Positions 50,776-64,000 are shown, numbered from the stretch's first letter. The stretch: DNA of 64,000 nucleotides from Marsupella aquatica (GCA_973895155.1 OZ316895.1:4451659-4515658), one strand, 5' to 3'. A program made the numbers and translations. Notes: generated from the letters alone by a model not told the origin.

Positions 50776-51406
50776 TAATAACCACACCTCAAAGTGGTAA
50801 TATAAGGTGTGCACTCATTAATTTTTTTAAAATAATGATTTGTATCATGGTATAGAGGTGGTTTCAGATGGGACTCTGTTACTGCGATCTCGCGCGAGGA
50901 GAAGAAAGACTCGAGGAGAAGAAAGACTCGTACCATAATTATGTAGTAATAACCACACCTCAAAGTGGTAATATAAGGTGTGGACTCATTAATTTTTTTA
51001 AAATAGTGATTTGTATCATGGTATAGAGGTGGTTTCCGATGGGACTCTGTTACTCAATCTCGCGCGAGGAGAAGAAAAACTCATACCATAAGTATGTTGT
51101 AATAACCACACCTCAAAGTGGTAATATAAGGTGTGGACTCATTAATTTTTTTAAAAATAGTGATTTGTATCATGGTATAGAGGTGGTTTCCGATGGGACT
51201 CTGTTACTGCGATCTCGCACGAGGAGAAGAAAGACTCATACCATAAGTATGTTGTAATAACCACACCTCAAAGTGGTAATATAAGGTGTGGATTCATTAA
51301 TTTTTAAAAAAATAGTGATTTGTATCTTGGTATAGAGGTGGTTTCGGATGGGACTCTGTTACTGCGATCTCGCGCGAGGAGAAGAAAGACTCATACCATA
51401 ATTATG
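50776..51406. repeat. Minisatellite, ~153-171-bp unit x4, preceded by shorter sub-repeats from ~50640
   Basis: taataaccacacctcaaagtggtaatataagg begins at 50776, 50947, 51100 and 51255. Confidence 0.95.
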
Positions 51407-52331
51407 TCATATTTTAATGTACAATTACAAAGACCCCATATACATGTGCGGTTTTGCTTATGGTCTATTGTACCATAGCTACAAAAATAAAAACAACTGG
51501 GTGTGTCCACTCCATTTCAGTGGAAGGATGGGAAGTAGACGTTTTTTTGGTCTTGAATAGAAATGAGTAAGAACGCTGGCCTTGAACAGAAAGGAGGAAG
51601 AACATTCATTTGATCCAACAGGGACTGCCCCACTGATCAGACAGGGACTGCACCAAGAGGAAGAGGATTAAAACAGGGCCATAAAGTGGACCACCAGGGC
51701 CCAATTGAGTAGATTATCAGAACTCGCACTACCCACAAAATCCATAGGTCCCCACCCACTCACACATGTAATTTATAAGCTACCTGGAACCTCTCAGTCC
51801 CAGGCTAATACCCTAGCCAACTGACCTAAGCAGGCAGGAGTTTTTTCTATAGCATGTTCGTTCTAAGACACAGCTATTTTAACTTATTGACAATAATGTC
51901 AATTGTATCCTTTGTAAACTACCAATTAATTTAAATAGTTTATCAAATAGCAATTATAGCATAATATTCAAATACATTAAAACAATGAATCAAATAAATA
52001 AATAGAATAAAAATGCACACCTTTACGCACTTTTTAGGTGAAAAACAAGTACATAACTTGTAAGATGTACCCTAGAGGTCCGTATAGTATTTTGTGTTTG
52101 ACATAGAAGTATGTTAGCTTTATACTCTGGCTTTGTACTCTACTTTTAGGCCCTATTGAAAAATTCACTATTTAGGTGACACCTGTTAACCTCTAAACCA
52201 TAACGTTTGGAAAGTTTTTCACCAATGGACATATAACCTACAGGGCATCTCTGGTGTTTGCACTGGGTGCATCCTGGTGAGTCTGACCATCTCGTGCAAT
52301 AGAGAATGAATGGCAGAAAAAAAATCTCATC

Positions 52332-52669
52332 AAATACATGATAAGCTATCACAGTAAGACATATCAAATCAAATGAAAATCATAAACTTGAAATAAATAA
52401 AGGGGTTAGATAAATTGTTAAATTCAAACCAATATAAAGTGAAATGATACACTAGGCCAGATTTAAAAGAAAATTCAGAACTCATATTTCTAATAAGACA
52501 AAATACATGATAAGCTATCACAGTAAGACATATCAAATCAAATGAAAATCATAAACTTGAAATAATTAAAGGGGTTAGATAATTTGTAAATTCAAACCAA
52601 TACAAAGTGAAATGATACACTAGGCCAGATTTAAAAGAAAATTCAGAACTCATATTTCTAATAAGACAA
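52332..52669. repeat. Near-identical tandem duplication, 169 bp x2
   Basis: aaatacatgataagctatcacag...ctaataagaca begins at 52332 and at 52501. Confidence 0.92.
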
Positions 52670-52838
52670 AATAAGGTAGAAGGTGTTCACCATATAGCAA
52701 TGTCAAAAAAAATATTTCATGCTACCTCTCACTCCCAAGCTAATCCCCTAGCCTACTGACCTGAGCTAGTTTGTTAGGAGGGAGTTTTTTCATGCTACCA
52801 CTGCCAGTATTCATTAACTTTTACAGAAGAGGCTGCAA

Positions 52839-53745
52839 GTGCACTTGGTGGGCCTCCCAAGATGGCTCATGGATGTAAAGGCAGACAGTCCTCTTTGCTG
52901 GCACAGCACAATCTGGGGGGATATCTGGGATGTTTATGGCAAGGAGAAAACCAAACATTTCGTTTGGCAGTTAGTTCACCGTGTAACTGCTACCAAGCAT
53001 GTTATTGGTAGATTCGAAGAACTACCCACAGAAATGCAACTGGTGCCATTGTTCCTTTCTCTGGCAAGGCTGTTGCTTGGTGGTGTAAGCACTGTGAGCA
53101 GATGCTCGTGAGTATATGATAGTGTTAAGGATTGCTCTTAGTCTTGTGACTCATAGGTTACGGCACTTAGGCTAACCACAGTTAGGATCTTAACTGAGGT
53201 TAGGTTAGTCATGTGTGACCTTGTATATACCAGGGCTAGTGTAAGCCGCTGGAGTGTGGTGCTTACTCATTGTAACAGAGCAACTTGAGGAAGAGGGAGA
53301 GCATGTGTGTTCGTCTACTATTGAAATAAAGCTTGAGTGTTTGTGTGAACGTAGCCTTGGAGAAGAGATGAACCACGTAGAGATTGTGTTGACTACGTGT
53401 GCATGGAATGAGTCATGGTTGTATTGTCGTTGTGAATGACATCTTAGTTCAACAGATACACTGTCAGAGGCTTTGTCCGGATTGGCAAAGGAATGGATGG
53501 TGAAGGTTATGCATGCCATTCTGAGCACCCTGCTTGCTTGGAGCAATTCAAGTGTTCCTCTTAAGCCGTGCATATTGCTCGACGTATTACCAACTGGTCT
53601 TGGAAAGCCCAGACAGTATTCTTTGGAGAAGGATTTAGGGTTTGGTTGTGGGCATAATATCTGGCCTGGAAGAAAGGGTTGGATTGCATCACAAAGGATG
53701 GATGTAGTCTGTTAGATCTTGTTGGCAAGATGGAACGTGATTTTG
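52839..53745 (+). mobile_element. L1-type LINE ORF2 C-terminal (zf-RVT) remnant, split by a solo LTR
   Basis: W..IW......K.K.FVWQL.H....T motif before the LTR and a W/L.ARWN.I-like motif after it. Heavily degenerate. Confidence 0.55.
53123..53454. mobile_element. Solo LTR (332 bp), same family as 30622-30965
   Basis: TGTTAAG...TTCAACA with TSD GATAG/GATAC (4 of 5 match). Shares attgctct.agtcttgtgactc, gctaaccacagttagg and tgaaccacgta with the other solo LTR. Confidence 0.85.
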
Positions 53746-54880
53746 GAAGGGAAGCAGGTCACCTTGTTTTATTGGGTTTTACTATTGTTCCTTGGAATTA
53801 ATGTATTCACTACTTTTAAAATACAGAAAGGAAATCTAGATTGTTAGACTCTACCTCTAGCCGGATGACCGGACCAGCCGGTCACCAGACATGACTACAT
53901 GTACCACCACTCATGGCTATTCAGATATTCATTCTCATTCAGACTCTAATATAGATAAGTTATTTGTGGCATTGCATTATAATATGAAAGGTTAAATTAG
54001 TTCGTGGACCCATTTATCCTTTTGAGTTTGCAAAAGAATACCGTATCTAGATTGTCGATCTGTTAAATTTAACCTTTAGTTTGTGGTCTGTTTTATCCAA
54101 TCATGTTCTTCTGCAAAGGTCCTTGGAACTCATTTTCTACGTTGGCTCAAGTACCACCCTTACTCTCACCCTGCACGGATATATATAAAGTGAGTAAATA
54201 AACCTCCTTTGTACCTTATTACACATGCCTTGATGTCGTCTGGTGGCACTTCAACCCAACTATTTTAAAATACCAGCCACTCCAGATGAGCTCATAATCA
54301 AGCCCAAATTAATATGAGTTTGATAAGCAAAAGGCTTGGTCTAAAAATAGTGGCGCTTTGACCATGTTTTCATCTAACTTGGGCCATTGTTAACGGTTGA
54401 ATGAGATAATTATATATATACTTTGTACTAACTTGAACTTGCAACCCCAAAACTTTTCTCCCTCTTGCTCCTCCAACCTTCTACCTGTTATTGTTTTTGG
54501 TCCCCAATCCTGTCTCACTTCAATCTTTCTTTTTGTTTCATTCCCTTCAATTTGGTTGATCTGATTGGTTTGACGAGGGTAATTAATCAGACAGTTTTGG
54601 GAAACCCAATTTTCCCCAAATTTATGTAGTAACTAAGTAGGTCCTAAAGCTAGGTAGCAACGTAAAACAACTCAGCCCAAATGGGCTTGACTGGACAAAA
54701 TTATGGCTAACACAACTTTTAATGCATCTCAGTATGCTAACATTAATACCGTAGTAGCACAGAAATGACATCATGAAAACCTAAGAGAACACTAGCTAAC
54801 AAACTTAATGTAAGTTAGGTCTAAAGTGCAACATTTTGTTTATGTTTACTGATGCTGCATTTGGCTTTCTACTTTCCTAA

Positions 54881-57800
54881 ACAGAGCAAGAATTAGTAGG
54901 ATTAGTTTGATTCACAAGCTCAAGGACTACAAATTAACCGAAGACAGGTTGGACCACCACCATATTGGAGAGTGCTCCCATGGATCACATTTTGGTGGTC
55001 CATGGGAGTTTGGGGCCGATAATTTGATGATTATGAACCCTAAAATCATTTTGTTTATTTTTTACTGGCAAGGCAACTAGAGAGATTGAGACTTAAAAAA
55101 CACATTCAAGGTTAGCCCAATTCAAATCCAAATATTTGATTCTTACTAACACAATGAACATTAATCTAATGGAATTAAGACTTTAAACCTGTGTAAGATA
55201 AGTACACCGCACCAATCACCATACCATGTGCGCCATGTTAAAAACAAATTGGTCTAACCAGGTTCACAACCGGGTTCACAACTGTAGATACCAAATGAAC
55301 CAAACAGTCTAATTAATATGCGTGGGCCAAATGAGCAAGTGGTGCACTCTAGAGCCACAGAGTAATGCATCAAGGTTCGCTGATACAAACTAAGGTTTAC
55401 TCACGTAGCTTTGGGAAACAAGGTGCTGATCAGCCTCGAGCGCTGCATGATAAGGGTTTAGGGTAGTTTGACAATGTAAGAGATACCGCTGCGGGATAAG
55501 GATTTACAGTAGCTCGACAATATATCCAAGAGATTTTGAGTTGCTCAAACTCTCGCTCAAACCACTGATTTTTGGAATGGGCTATTGAGATTGAAGCCAG
55601 AGATGATCTACCACTCAAATATGCCAGTAGGCAAATTAAGGTAGTCAAAGTGACTTGCCAGATGGAGAGAGTGCAGATCGAATCAATTAAGCTGAAACTT
55701 GACCTGCATTGGATGAGGCCCAAACTCAACTCCAGGCTAGGTCTCGCTCCAGGTCATGTTGGAATTTCCAGTTAGTAGCTTTCACAACTGCTCATATCAG
55801 TGGAGAAGGAATTCAAAGACATCATTCATTTAACATCACCAGTTTAAGCTATGAAAGTTGACTGAGCAACTCCTGACAACAGGCTTTATTTGGGTTTCCC
55901 CTCCCTGCCCCCGCCCCCAAAACAAAGAAGAAGAAGATCCGTAACGAATTTTGTCCCAAAATTTCAGAGTTGCTGTTTCTTTGTATTATGGCCAAAACAG
56001 ATCTTGGGTAAGTTGGTGAAAATTCACCACTAAAAACACATACGGATTGAATAAGGTCAGCTTTTACCACACGACGATTGGAACATGGTCTAGCAAAGGA
56101 CTCACTTGAAACATTGCTAGATGAATCTACCACGGCAATCTCAGAATTCGAGATGTCATCTATGGTCAGACCAAAACAGAAGTAGGTTAAATAATTCCCT
56201 CTACAACCCAAGCCATTTTGATTCTATACTATCCAATATTTAGAGTACGTAGCCCAGAGCTGCATGAGTGTCAGGTAGCTCACTTGAGTTGAAGTTGAAA
56301 CTGATAGGTAGCTAGTTAGGTCTTACCTTCAACTGTTGTAATTTAATGTTCCCTTTCTGTTGGGTTTCACAGATTTCCCTTTATATAAAATAAAATAAAT
56401 ACTTATACTGAGTGAGACTAGGATGAATACAGAAGAATCTTTGGGGTAGCTCACTTCAATGGAGAGTGAAACTGGGATGATCTGAGTGAGACTAAGATGA
56501 TCGAATCGATACAGAATCTTTGACAGATGCATGTAAAGTGAGGCACAGTATGCTTCAATCGAATTAAAACAAACGACCTGTTGGTTCAAATGATGCATGA
56601 TGTTTTGACTATTCCTTAATATGATTGAGAGCTTTCATGAGCAAAAGAAATTAAGTGCGATGCCTTCAGAATTGTGTGTGGAAAGAATTCAGTTATTAGA
56701 AGTCAAATTGCAGCCGGAAGATGCGGGGGAAGATGCTCTGACTGAAACTATCCACTTAATGCAATTAATGCAAAATAATGTCAATTGCAATCGAAACCTA
56801 CACGCATGAAACGAATTTTGCTTACTCAGACATCATTCCTAAACCTCCTCGACCCCAGGGAAAACGAGTCTATATATTCACAGGATTGACATGCAAAATC
56901 CAGAATCACGATCCCCCAGCAAAGGCTGTAACCAAGATTTAAGGTTATCCATTGAATCAACGTACACAGTTCAATTAACAATGCAGTACAATTGAGTCAC
57001 GAATAGTTTCAGTTAACTGTAGTCTCCTTTCAAGAACGCACGATACGAATACACGTCCAATCTACAACCATCCCTTGAACTCTAGAGTCAGTACAGTAGA
57101 ATGGGGTCTTTGGGCTACCATTCTGAAGATTTCCCTATCGATCACATTCAGAAAAGTATGTGGAGTCATATGTTAGATGACGGGAGACCGCGCAAACTCA
57201 TAGTCAGGAGGTCGACTGTTAATCAATGGTCTACGTGAAGTGATAACGTGATAGCTAGGCCTGCATTACAAACTAATGCTGGATCATTTTAATTATACCA
57301 CGCAGAACGTGGATTTGTATAGCTTCCATTCCACTGACTAGACAAGTAAGTTCGTACGAAGAACCAGAATCAGAAGAATCTCTGAAATCTTGAGCTAGGA
57401 CGGACACTTTCTAATGCTGACGGCAAAGTAACGTGTTTCCATGCATGAACAGAATGAGCGTCTCGCTATTCTACGCGTCAGTGACCGACTAGATGAAAAT
57501 CAATTTCGAGATTAGCCTCGTCTTTCTTGACTTGAGTCTAGATCGCACATGGAAATATGGATACCACTTCGTCTCCGAACGAAGATGAGAAGTGGACAAT
57601 CCCGGCCGGCTCGATTATATAGTATCAAACTAGCTAGTATGAACGATTTCACACAGCGGCGAGATGTTACAGTAGTCCAATGTCGAACCCACCTCCCCGC
57701 TAATTAATGGAGCAGAGTAATTTTGCGCGCTAGAATCACATTCAGAAGCGGAAGTGAAGTAAGTGTATGTTAGATGACGGCGACCGTGCAAGCTCACCCA

Positions 57801-60117
57801 GTGGTCAGGAGGACGATTGTCGATCAATCGTCTGATCGAACAATTAAGCCATTCTCGCTGTACATAGAAAGAGTTTCACGAACATGCACGATTGCAGGTT
57901 TCAGACAAGACAACACACGATAAGTACAGCATAGAGAAACAAATCAGAACATTGAATGCTAGAATCACTCAGTACAATAGGGTCTTAAAGTTCTGGAACC
58001 CAAAATCTCAACGACATCTGACGCTTTTGCGAATCAAAACTGCAGGTCACTTACAGAAAAGGTTAGGAGAGCTTTCTGGGGCAGAGAAAGTCCGAGTGAC
58101 CTCGTCGACTGAATGTCCTCCGCTTGTTGACTGCTTCGCTCTCGATCAACCCCGTCGATTGGGCAGGACATGCAATGCTAGCTTCTCTCGGGTAGTGACC
58201 ACTATCAACTGAATTAATGTCATCCGCCTATAGGCTGCTTCGGTCTCAACCCCGTCGATGGGCAGGACATGCAATGCTAGCTTCCCTCGGTTCTATCCAG
58301 AGTTTAACATAGTGCCTCGATCTATATGAGAACCCAAACTTCGACGAACACGGAAATCAATGAACGAGCTTTCTGAGGTATTCGAATCACGGATTTGTGG
58401 AATGGAGGGTACGTTCACCTGAGAGGATCGATCCAGAGAAGCCGCTGTAGGCACGAGAATTTCATTAAACCAAAGCCTTACGTCGAACATGAATCCCACT
58501 TGGATCGACGCCGAGTAACTCAAGCCGATCGATCATCCTCGTAGCTTTACTGTGAACGAATATTTGAATCGATGCAGATCGATCACTTAGGCTGTTCCAC
58601 TCGGTGCGGAAGGCTAGATTGTATTTTGATTCTCGTACTACTGTAGCAAAGTCAGAGTGGGGTGCCTATGACATGGCTATCGACCGTGGAGAATAAGGAA
58701 GAGGGATCGATTAGAGAGCCCGAATTTAAGCATATCTGAGTCAGCTGGAGCCGATAACTGGATGAAGCCGAACAGATGAACCCGAACGGACGGCTCGTTG
58801 TGGTGACAGATGCGGACACTGATGAATTCTGGCAGGCAGAAAAAGCGAAATGATCCCTTTCTTTCCTTCTTTTTTCTCAAATGTGGGATCCAGGTACCAG
58901 CCCGAATTAACGAATGTCACTATGACTCGGGCTGATGTTGATGCTGATGTACAGACTACTGATACGTCGAGGCGGGCAGCTCACGATTGTCGAAAAAAGG
59001 AGCGAAAGAAGGAGATTACATCGCTTCTCTGATCTGCCAGTATTCAATCCAGGCCCGAATCCAGACCACAAACGAGCACTCCACTCATCCGTTTGTCGAG
59101 TGGCTCGGCATCGTAACGTACTGGTTCTAATTATCGGCTGCAGCTGACTCAACATGCTTTCCGGGCTCTCTCATCGATACTCTTCTCTATTCTCCAGGGT
59201 TAATAGCGATATCTCGGACACCACATTCTCAATTGCTACAGCACTGAAACAAAATACTATCTAGCGTTATGCACTGAGTGGAACAACCTACGTTATCGAT
59301 CTAGCTTCGATTCAAGCATTCTATCACCGCAAAGCTACGAAGACGATAGATCGACCCGTCTCTCCTTTCGATTGTGCTGGACGCAACACAATCGAAACTA
59401 AAGGATCTTAATTATATACATATCGATAGACACACATGAGTCTCGAACAGACACGATTCTTTCAGCTGGATAACTGCGGACCCAACCTGCGAGCAGCTGG
59501 AATAACTAGTCCGATTAAACGACTCAAATTTAGCTAGCAATTCGAGAAAGCCATGAATCCAATTTAGCTAGCAATTCGAGAAAGCCATGAATCCCGTTGG
59601 AAATTGTGAGGCCAGGGGCTGGCAAGGAAAGCACGAGTCGTTTAATTTGAGTGCCGTAGCCATTTAATTCCAGCCGATGATAAATTCCGTTTCATACTAG
59701 CAAACTTTGAGTCGCGTAATCTGACCGGCAATTCGAGTCGATGATGAAATCCGTTACAACTTCTAGCAATTCGACGTTGTAGTCGGACTACTTGCAGCGG
59801 CTACCATGCCAACCAGCAGCAATTCGAAGTTGCAGTCGGACTACTTGCAGCGGCTACCATGGCAGCCAGCAGCAATTCGACGTTGTAGTCGGACCACCAT
59901 TTGAAATTCACTAGCGCTTGGCAGCCGCTGCAGCCGAAGCTGGGAGTAGCACGCTGCAACGCCGAGCCGTTGTCGATTTTTGAGAAAAACCTTCAAGTAT
60001 TTTGAACGGAATGCTCGTTGCTTATCGAGCGGGACAAAACTCGAGCTCCAAAACGAAATCCGTTGAAGTTCACTAATTCTCCACATGCGTACTCTTCAAT
60101 GGCGTATACAGTATGAG
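54881..60117. repeat. Copy 2 of the ~5-kb tandem segmental duplication
   Basis: Colinear with 45728-50638, with extra inserts at ~56240-56480 and a local duplication at ~58110-58290. Confidence 0.9.
58527..59354. ncRNA. ~830-nt imperfect fold-back, candidate MIRNA/hpRNA precursor (copy 2)
   Basis: Paralog of 48951-49785; its arms are still mutually complementary. Confidence 0.45.
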
Positions 60118-62056
60118 CATACGCCCTACCCGTATACATTTTGGGGTACGTATTGTATGTTTTACGGTATCTGCACAAATAAAACAAGGCCCATGACCAA
60201 AGGTTTGTGGCATATCTGTTTTATCTACACAACCATATAATAAACAGGAAATGTACAGCCACTAGCCATGGCAAAAACCTGGTTCCAGAGATTTCACAAG
60301 TTAATTTTTATACAAGACTGCCTAGTTTTCTAATTTCTTTCACCAGCCTCTACAGGGAGAAATGGTTATAAGATAAGATCAATTGTTATGGCAAAAAATT
60401 ATGTACTATGAATTCTGTGGTGCATAATTTTATTTGTCCATAACTAGGGAACTAAGGTACATTGTCAGTTTTGAGATGCCCTAGTAATGATTTTCTATGG
60501 CTAGAAAGTAACACACCCCACAAAATAGTATTCTCCTCTAGATGTTTCCATTTTTCCTAATGTAAATACTGAGTTTAGATAAATGCTTATAATATTCTTA
60601 AAATTTAAGGTGTTCACAAAAACTCTAATTTTGTCAGTCATGTCCAGAATATTATAATTAATCCAATTGCACCAATGGCGAAGGTTTAGGGCAGGCTGTA
60701 AGTGAAGTACCGACAGCAAGTTTTAACTTATACACGCACAATTGTATAGGATTTCCCTCCTTAAGTGCAACTTCCACAAGAATACTTCAAAAAGTTGCAC
60801 CTAAGGTTATAGCAACGGAAGCTAATCCTCCATATGTGGAACTTTTGAAGAAATTGCACTTATCCACGGATAACTCGCATATACTTAGGATAACATTATT
60901 GGTAACACTATGGATGAGTCAACTTTGAATTCTTCCACTTGTGTTGTGTGGGTACATAACGTGGTGACCAGCAGGTTTGCCCGTCTGGATAAGCTGCAAT
61001 GCCGTGTATTTTGTTTGGAATAAGAAAACAAAAACCATTTTAGTTATCAGGGGATAAAAGGTTGCACTTATGCAGGGGTGACTGTAATGCTCTTTGGACT
61101 CTTGTAAGTCATGTGGCGGAGTTGAATAACGGATATTCCATGAAATGTAGTCAGTCAAATTGATTGTTCGATGCAATATATTCATGGGTACAATTTATTT
61201 TTTTCAAGCAGTTCTGTCCCTTAGAATTGAACCTTCCAGCACATTTTTGTTATTACCCTTGTTATAACAGAACTCCATAGTCCAAACACAGTAACACAGA
61301 ACCTGGGATGCTAATACCTGTCAAGGAGGTGAACTTTAGAAGTGTTCACCATGATTCTAGGGGATCGCCAATGTGTGAAGTAATACCATTATTTAGTCAG
61401 TCAATTTTCTGGAGTAGAGCCAGCGATCTGAATCAAAAACCGCACTTACACCGCTGTCTAGACGCTGAATTTGGTTGTTGGCATTCCAGATCTTGCTTTG
61501 CAAAGCAGGTTCCAAAAATCTATCATGTTCGAGATGAATTTGAAGGGGGAGATAACACCAGGCACCCATGCCATTCGTAATCTGATCATTTATAATGCAG
61601 ATACAAAGTTTCTCACACAAAAGGGTATCTCACATTGCAATGGAAGGCTCTGAGGTACAAACCCATTCCGTGACAGTGAACTGGATTCCAAGTCTCCATC
61701 AGTACATCACGATAGAAGAGTCCATCGCTTACAAGGTTCAAAACAACTTCCAACAGCGCAAGAGCAGATTCAAAGTCCACGTAATAAATAAAAGCGGTGT
61801 GAAGATTTATGCCAACGATATATACGAAGTGCAATTATGATATTCCATGTTGCTGACAATTACGCTTGGGGACGGTGTACGACTTCTGTCCTGTGTGAAT
61901 ATGTTTGCATGTGCTTCGAACAAGCATTTCCAGAAAAGTTATCACATTTCTGTGGATATCGGCAAAGACCTTCAACAGCATGATACTAGAAAGAAGGTTG
62001 AAAGGGAATAGTTGCCAAACCTTGCCAGCCCAATGCTACCAAATTCGAGATTTCTT

Positions 62057-64000
62057 CTACAAGGACTCCAACGATTTCATACACAATGATCTTACGGACT
62101 CCAAAACTCTCCTTTGACCTTCCTTGAATTGTTGTGCTAAATGAACATCCCATTGGCTGGTGTCATGTGTACCAGCTTCAAACCTACAAGCACACAATAC
62201 GAGCATGTTCGGCTTAGTATTAACAGAACTTGATATCATACCAACGCGTACGTGTTCAAGGCCAGCTCGAAATTAAAGCTGGAAAATGCGCTTATTCCCA
62301 GAACACTGGACTTAAAAATCGCAAGAATGACTCTTACCCAGAAGATTCGTCAAACCCTTGCAGGGGTTCAAGAAGAGAGTCGACTGTTGATAGCAACGAT
62401 TCATATACATCCCGCTCGTTTCTGGGACTTATCTGCAGGTTCATCGTGTTAGTCATTCCGTGATGTGGCCTTCCAGACTTGCAAGATCAAACAAATATCT
62501 TAATGTCTTTGCTGTCATGTTGCACAATTTCTGACAAGGGCTCGAATGAAACAAAAATAGTTCCCGGGACAGAACTTCCGCTAACTCACTGTTCTTTCAC
62601 CTGTAGATCTTTTTTACTACTGTTGATACATTTCAATAAACTGCAGCAACAGCTCCCTTTCCTACAGAATTGTATGCCAAAGAACGTTAATAATATAAAA
62701 TCGATTCTTACCATTTGCCTTCGTGGGTCTGCTGAATAAGAAACAAAATCGTCCTCTTCCATGCAAGCAACACGCAATGCTGCTAACAGTTGCGTTGGCA
62801 GTCGGTGGAATCCCCTGACCATATGCGAAGAGAGTACATTATACTTCTGGATCAAAGCAAGTTGTTGTGGAGCCTCACATATTTCGCTCAAGTCCAGATC
62901 TGCAAGGAAAATACAACATTTTGATAAAGCATGTGAGAGTTATTCATCTGCTGATCTTTTGACGCATTGAGATGTATCATGAACATGCTCACAGCAAACG
63001 CTTTCAGGTTGCAATCTAAAGGACCATAGCAGACTTTATTGTCACAGCACATACTTCAATTAGAGGAAATTTGGACTAACCAATAGGTATGATATCATAA
63101 GGATTGTCTTTTATTAGAAATCCATAAAAGGTCAGGAGATCTGAACTCTGAAGAGCCCCATAACTCAAAAAGCACTGCTCTCCAACTTTGCACTCCCGCA
63201 ACGCAAAGAGCTGTAATGTGTTGGTGCTCTCATTTATTCTGCTGAAGTGGGTAACATGTGGACAGATCTGCTGCGTCAACAGCCAGAGAGGCCACACGTT
63301 ATTCAACGGAACTTGGGCAGCAGCTTCTGAAGCAATATCTAGGTGGGAGTCCAACAGAAAGACTTTATCCGCCTCACACAATTGCAAATTACAGAAATTT
63401 GGTTTCGGAAAATTGTACAATACGACGGTATCATGAGACAATAAAATATGGAACAAAGGATTACCGAATGATTAAGAAGACTTGCAAAAGGAACTAGGCA
63501 TGTCTGCACTGTCCCACTAGGGAATTTCACTTTCATTCCATAGGAGTACCACAGCTGACATGCCCACAGAAATTCATCCCAGGTATAAACATTTGCCGGA
63601 AGTAGCTCTGGATACTTTTCACACAAAGCTGGAAAGAGTACGTCATACTGGGAGCGAAGATGCTGCAACCAAAATTTCACACTGTTAGCACATGGCCCCC
63701 GGCTACACTAAAGACTGCCTGTAAGAGAAATGACCGTGCAGATAGGAAAAATTTGGCAGCTACCTGTGAGAGATTTGACACCTAACTCTAGACTAGCCTG
63801 AGTTTAGTTGGTTCTATTTCAGAAAGCACCCGCCTTGTAACCCTGGAGAAAGTATTGACTTTGAACAAAATCAGAATAAAACTGTGCCTAACAGATCCCT
63901 GGCAAGCACAGTCGCATCAGAACTTGACCACCAACCTCCCGAGCTTGAGTTATTTCGTCAACCACCAGAGTTCCTTCAAGTGCCTTCAAGCCTTCAATCC
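62057..64000 (-). CDS. SET-domain (Rubisco LSMT-class) methyltransferase, At2g18850-like; 3' part, continues beyond the window
   Basis: Phase-consistent exons 63936->64000, 63465-63662, 63081-63267, 62712-62899, 62338-62432 and 62057-62183. Motifs GTL..DEI.QARE, YTW..FLWAC.LWYS, CLVP.A.LLNHS, GEQCFLSYG, LLTFYGF, DNPYDIIP and WDV.LA.QFK..QRR. Confidence 0.92.

Noticed and set aside
50776-51406. Regularly spaced repeats as a possible CRISPR array
   Set aside because: The whole ~155-bp unit repeats with no unique spacers, there are no cas genes, and the context is eukaryotic.
51780-52790. tRNA-like sequences on the minus strand at ~51790 and ~52730
   Set aside because: No complete cloverleaf or intact B-box; at most SINE-head remnants, not tRNA genes.
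62590-62600. Possible 11-nt micro-exon (CAG|GTGAAAGAACA|GTGAGT) in the SET gene
   Set aside because: The flanking exons already join in frame, and including it would cause a frameshift. It could only be a poison exon, for which there is no evidence.

Overview
This is eukaryotic nuclear DNA from a land plant, probably a non-seed plant (an inference from the gene families, GT-AG introns and transposon content). Host genes: a spliced Ser-rich gene (-, 6.5-8.4 kb) with a decayed 3' part; a 6-exon LTI65/RD29-like hydrophilin with 60-aa tandem repeats and an upstream DRE+ABRE cluster (+, 22.8-26.9 kb); two intronless paralogous membrane-protein genes, one broken by a single amber stop; and the 3' part of an At2g18850-like SET-domain gene (-, 62-64 kb). 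Mobile DNA: a non-autonomous Bianca-type Copia element with identical 142-bp LTRs, a 5'-truncated CRE-clade RLE non-LTR element, two related solo LTRs, MITEs/foldbacks and LINE debris. Two features stand out. (1) A complete 5.8-kb pogo-type DNA transposon (TA TSD, TIRs) whose transposase appears fused to a degenerate OTU-like domain. It carries three host-derived cargoes on the opposite strand: an intact Pol-lambda-type BRCT ORF, a decayed SCI1-like gene and stitched MOR1/XMAP215 TOG1 fragments. (2) A diverged ~5-kb tandemly duplicated, apparently non-coding unit containing an ~830-nt fold-back with a compensatory change and an invariant ~25-nt duplex, a candidate MIRNA/hpRNA locus. Family calls come from motif recognition by eye; no database searches were run.
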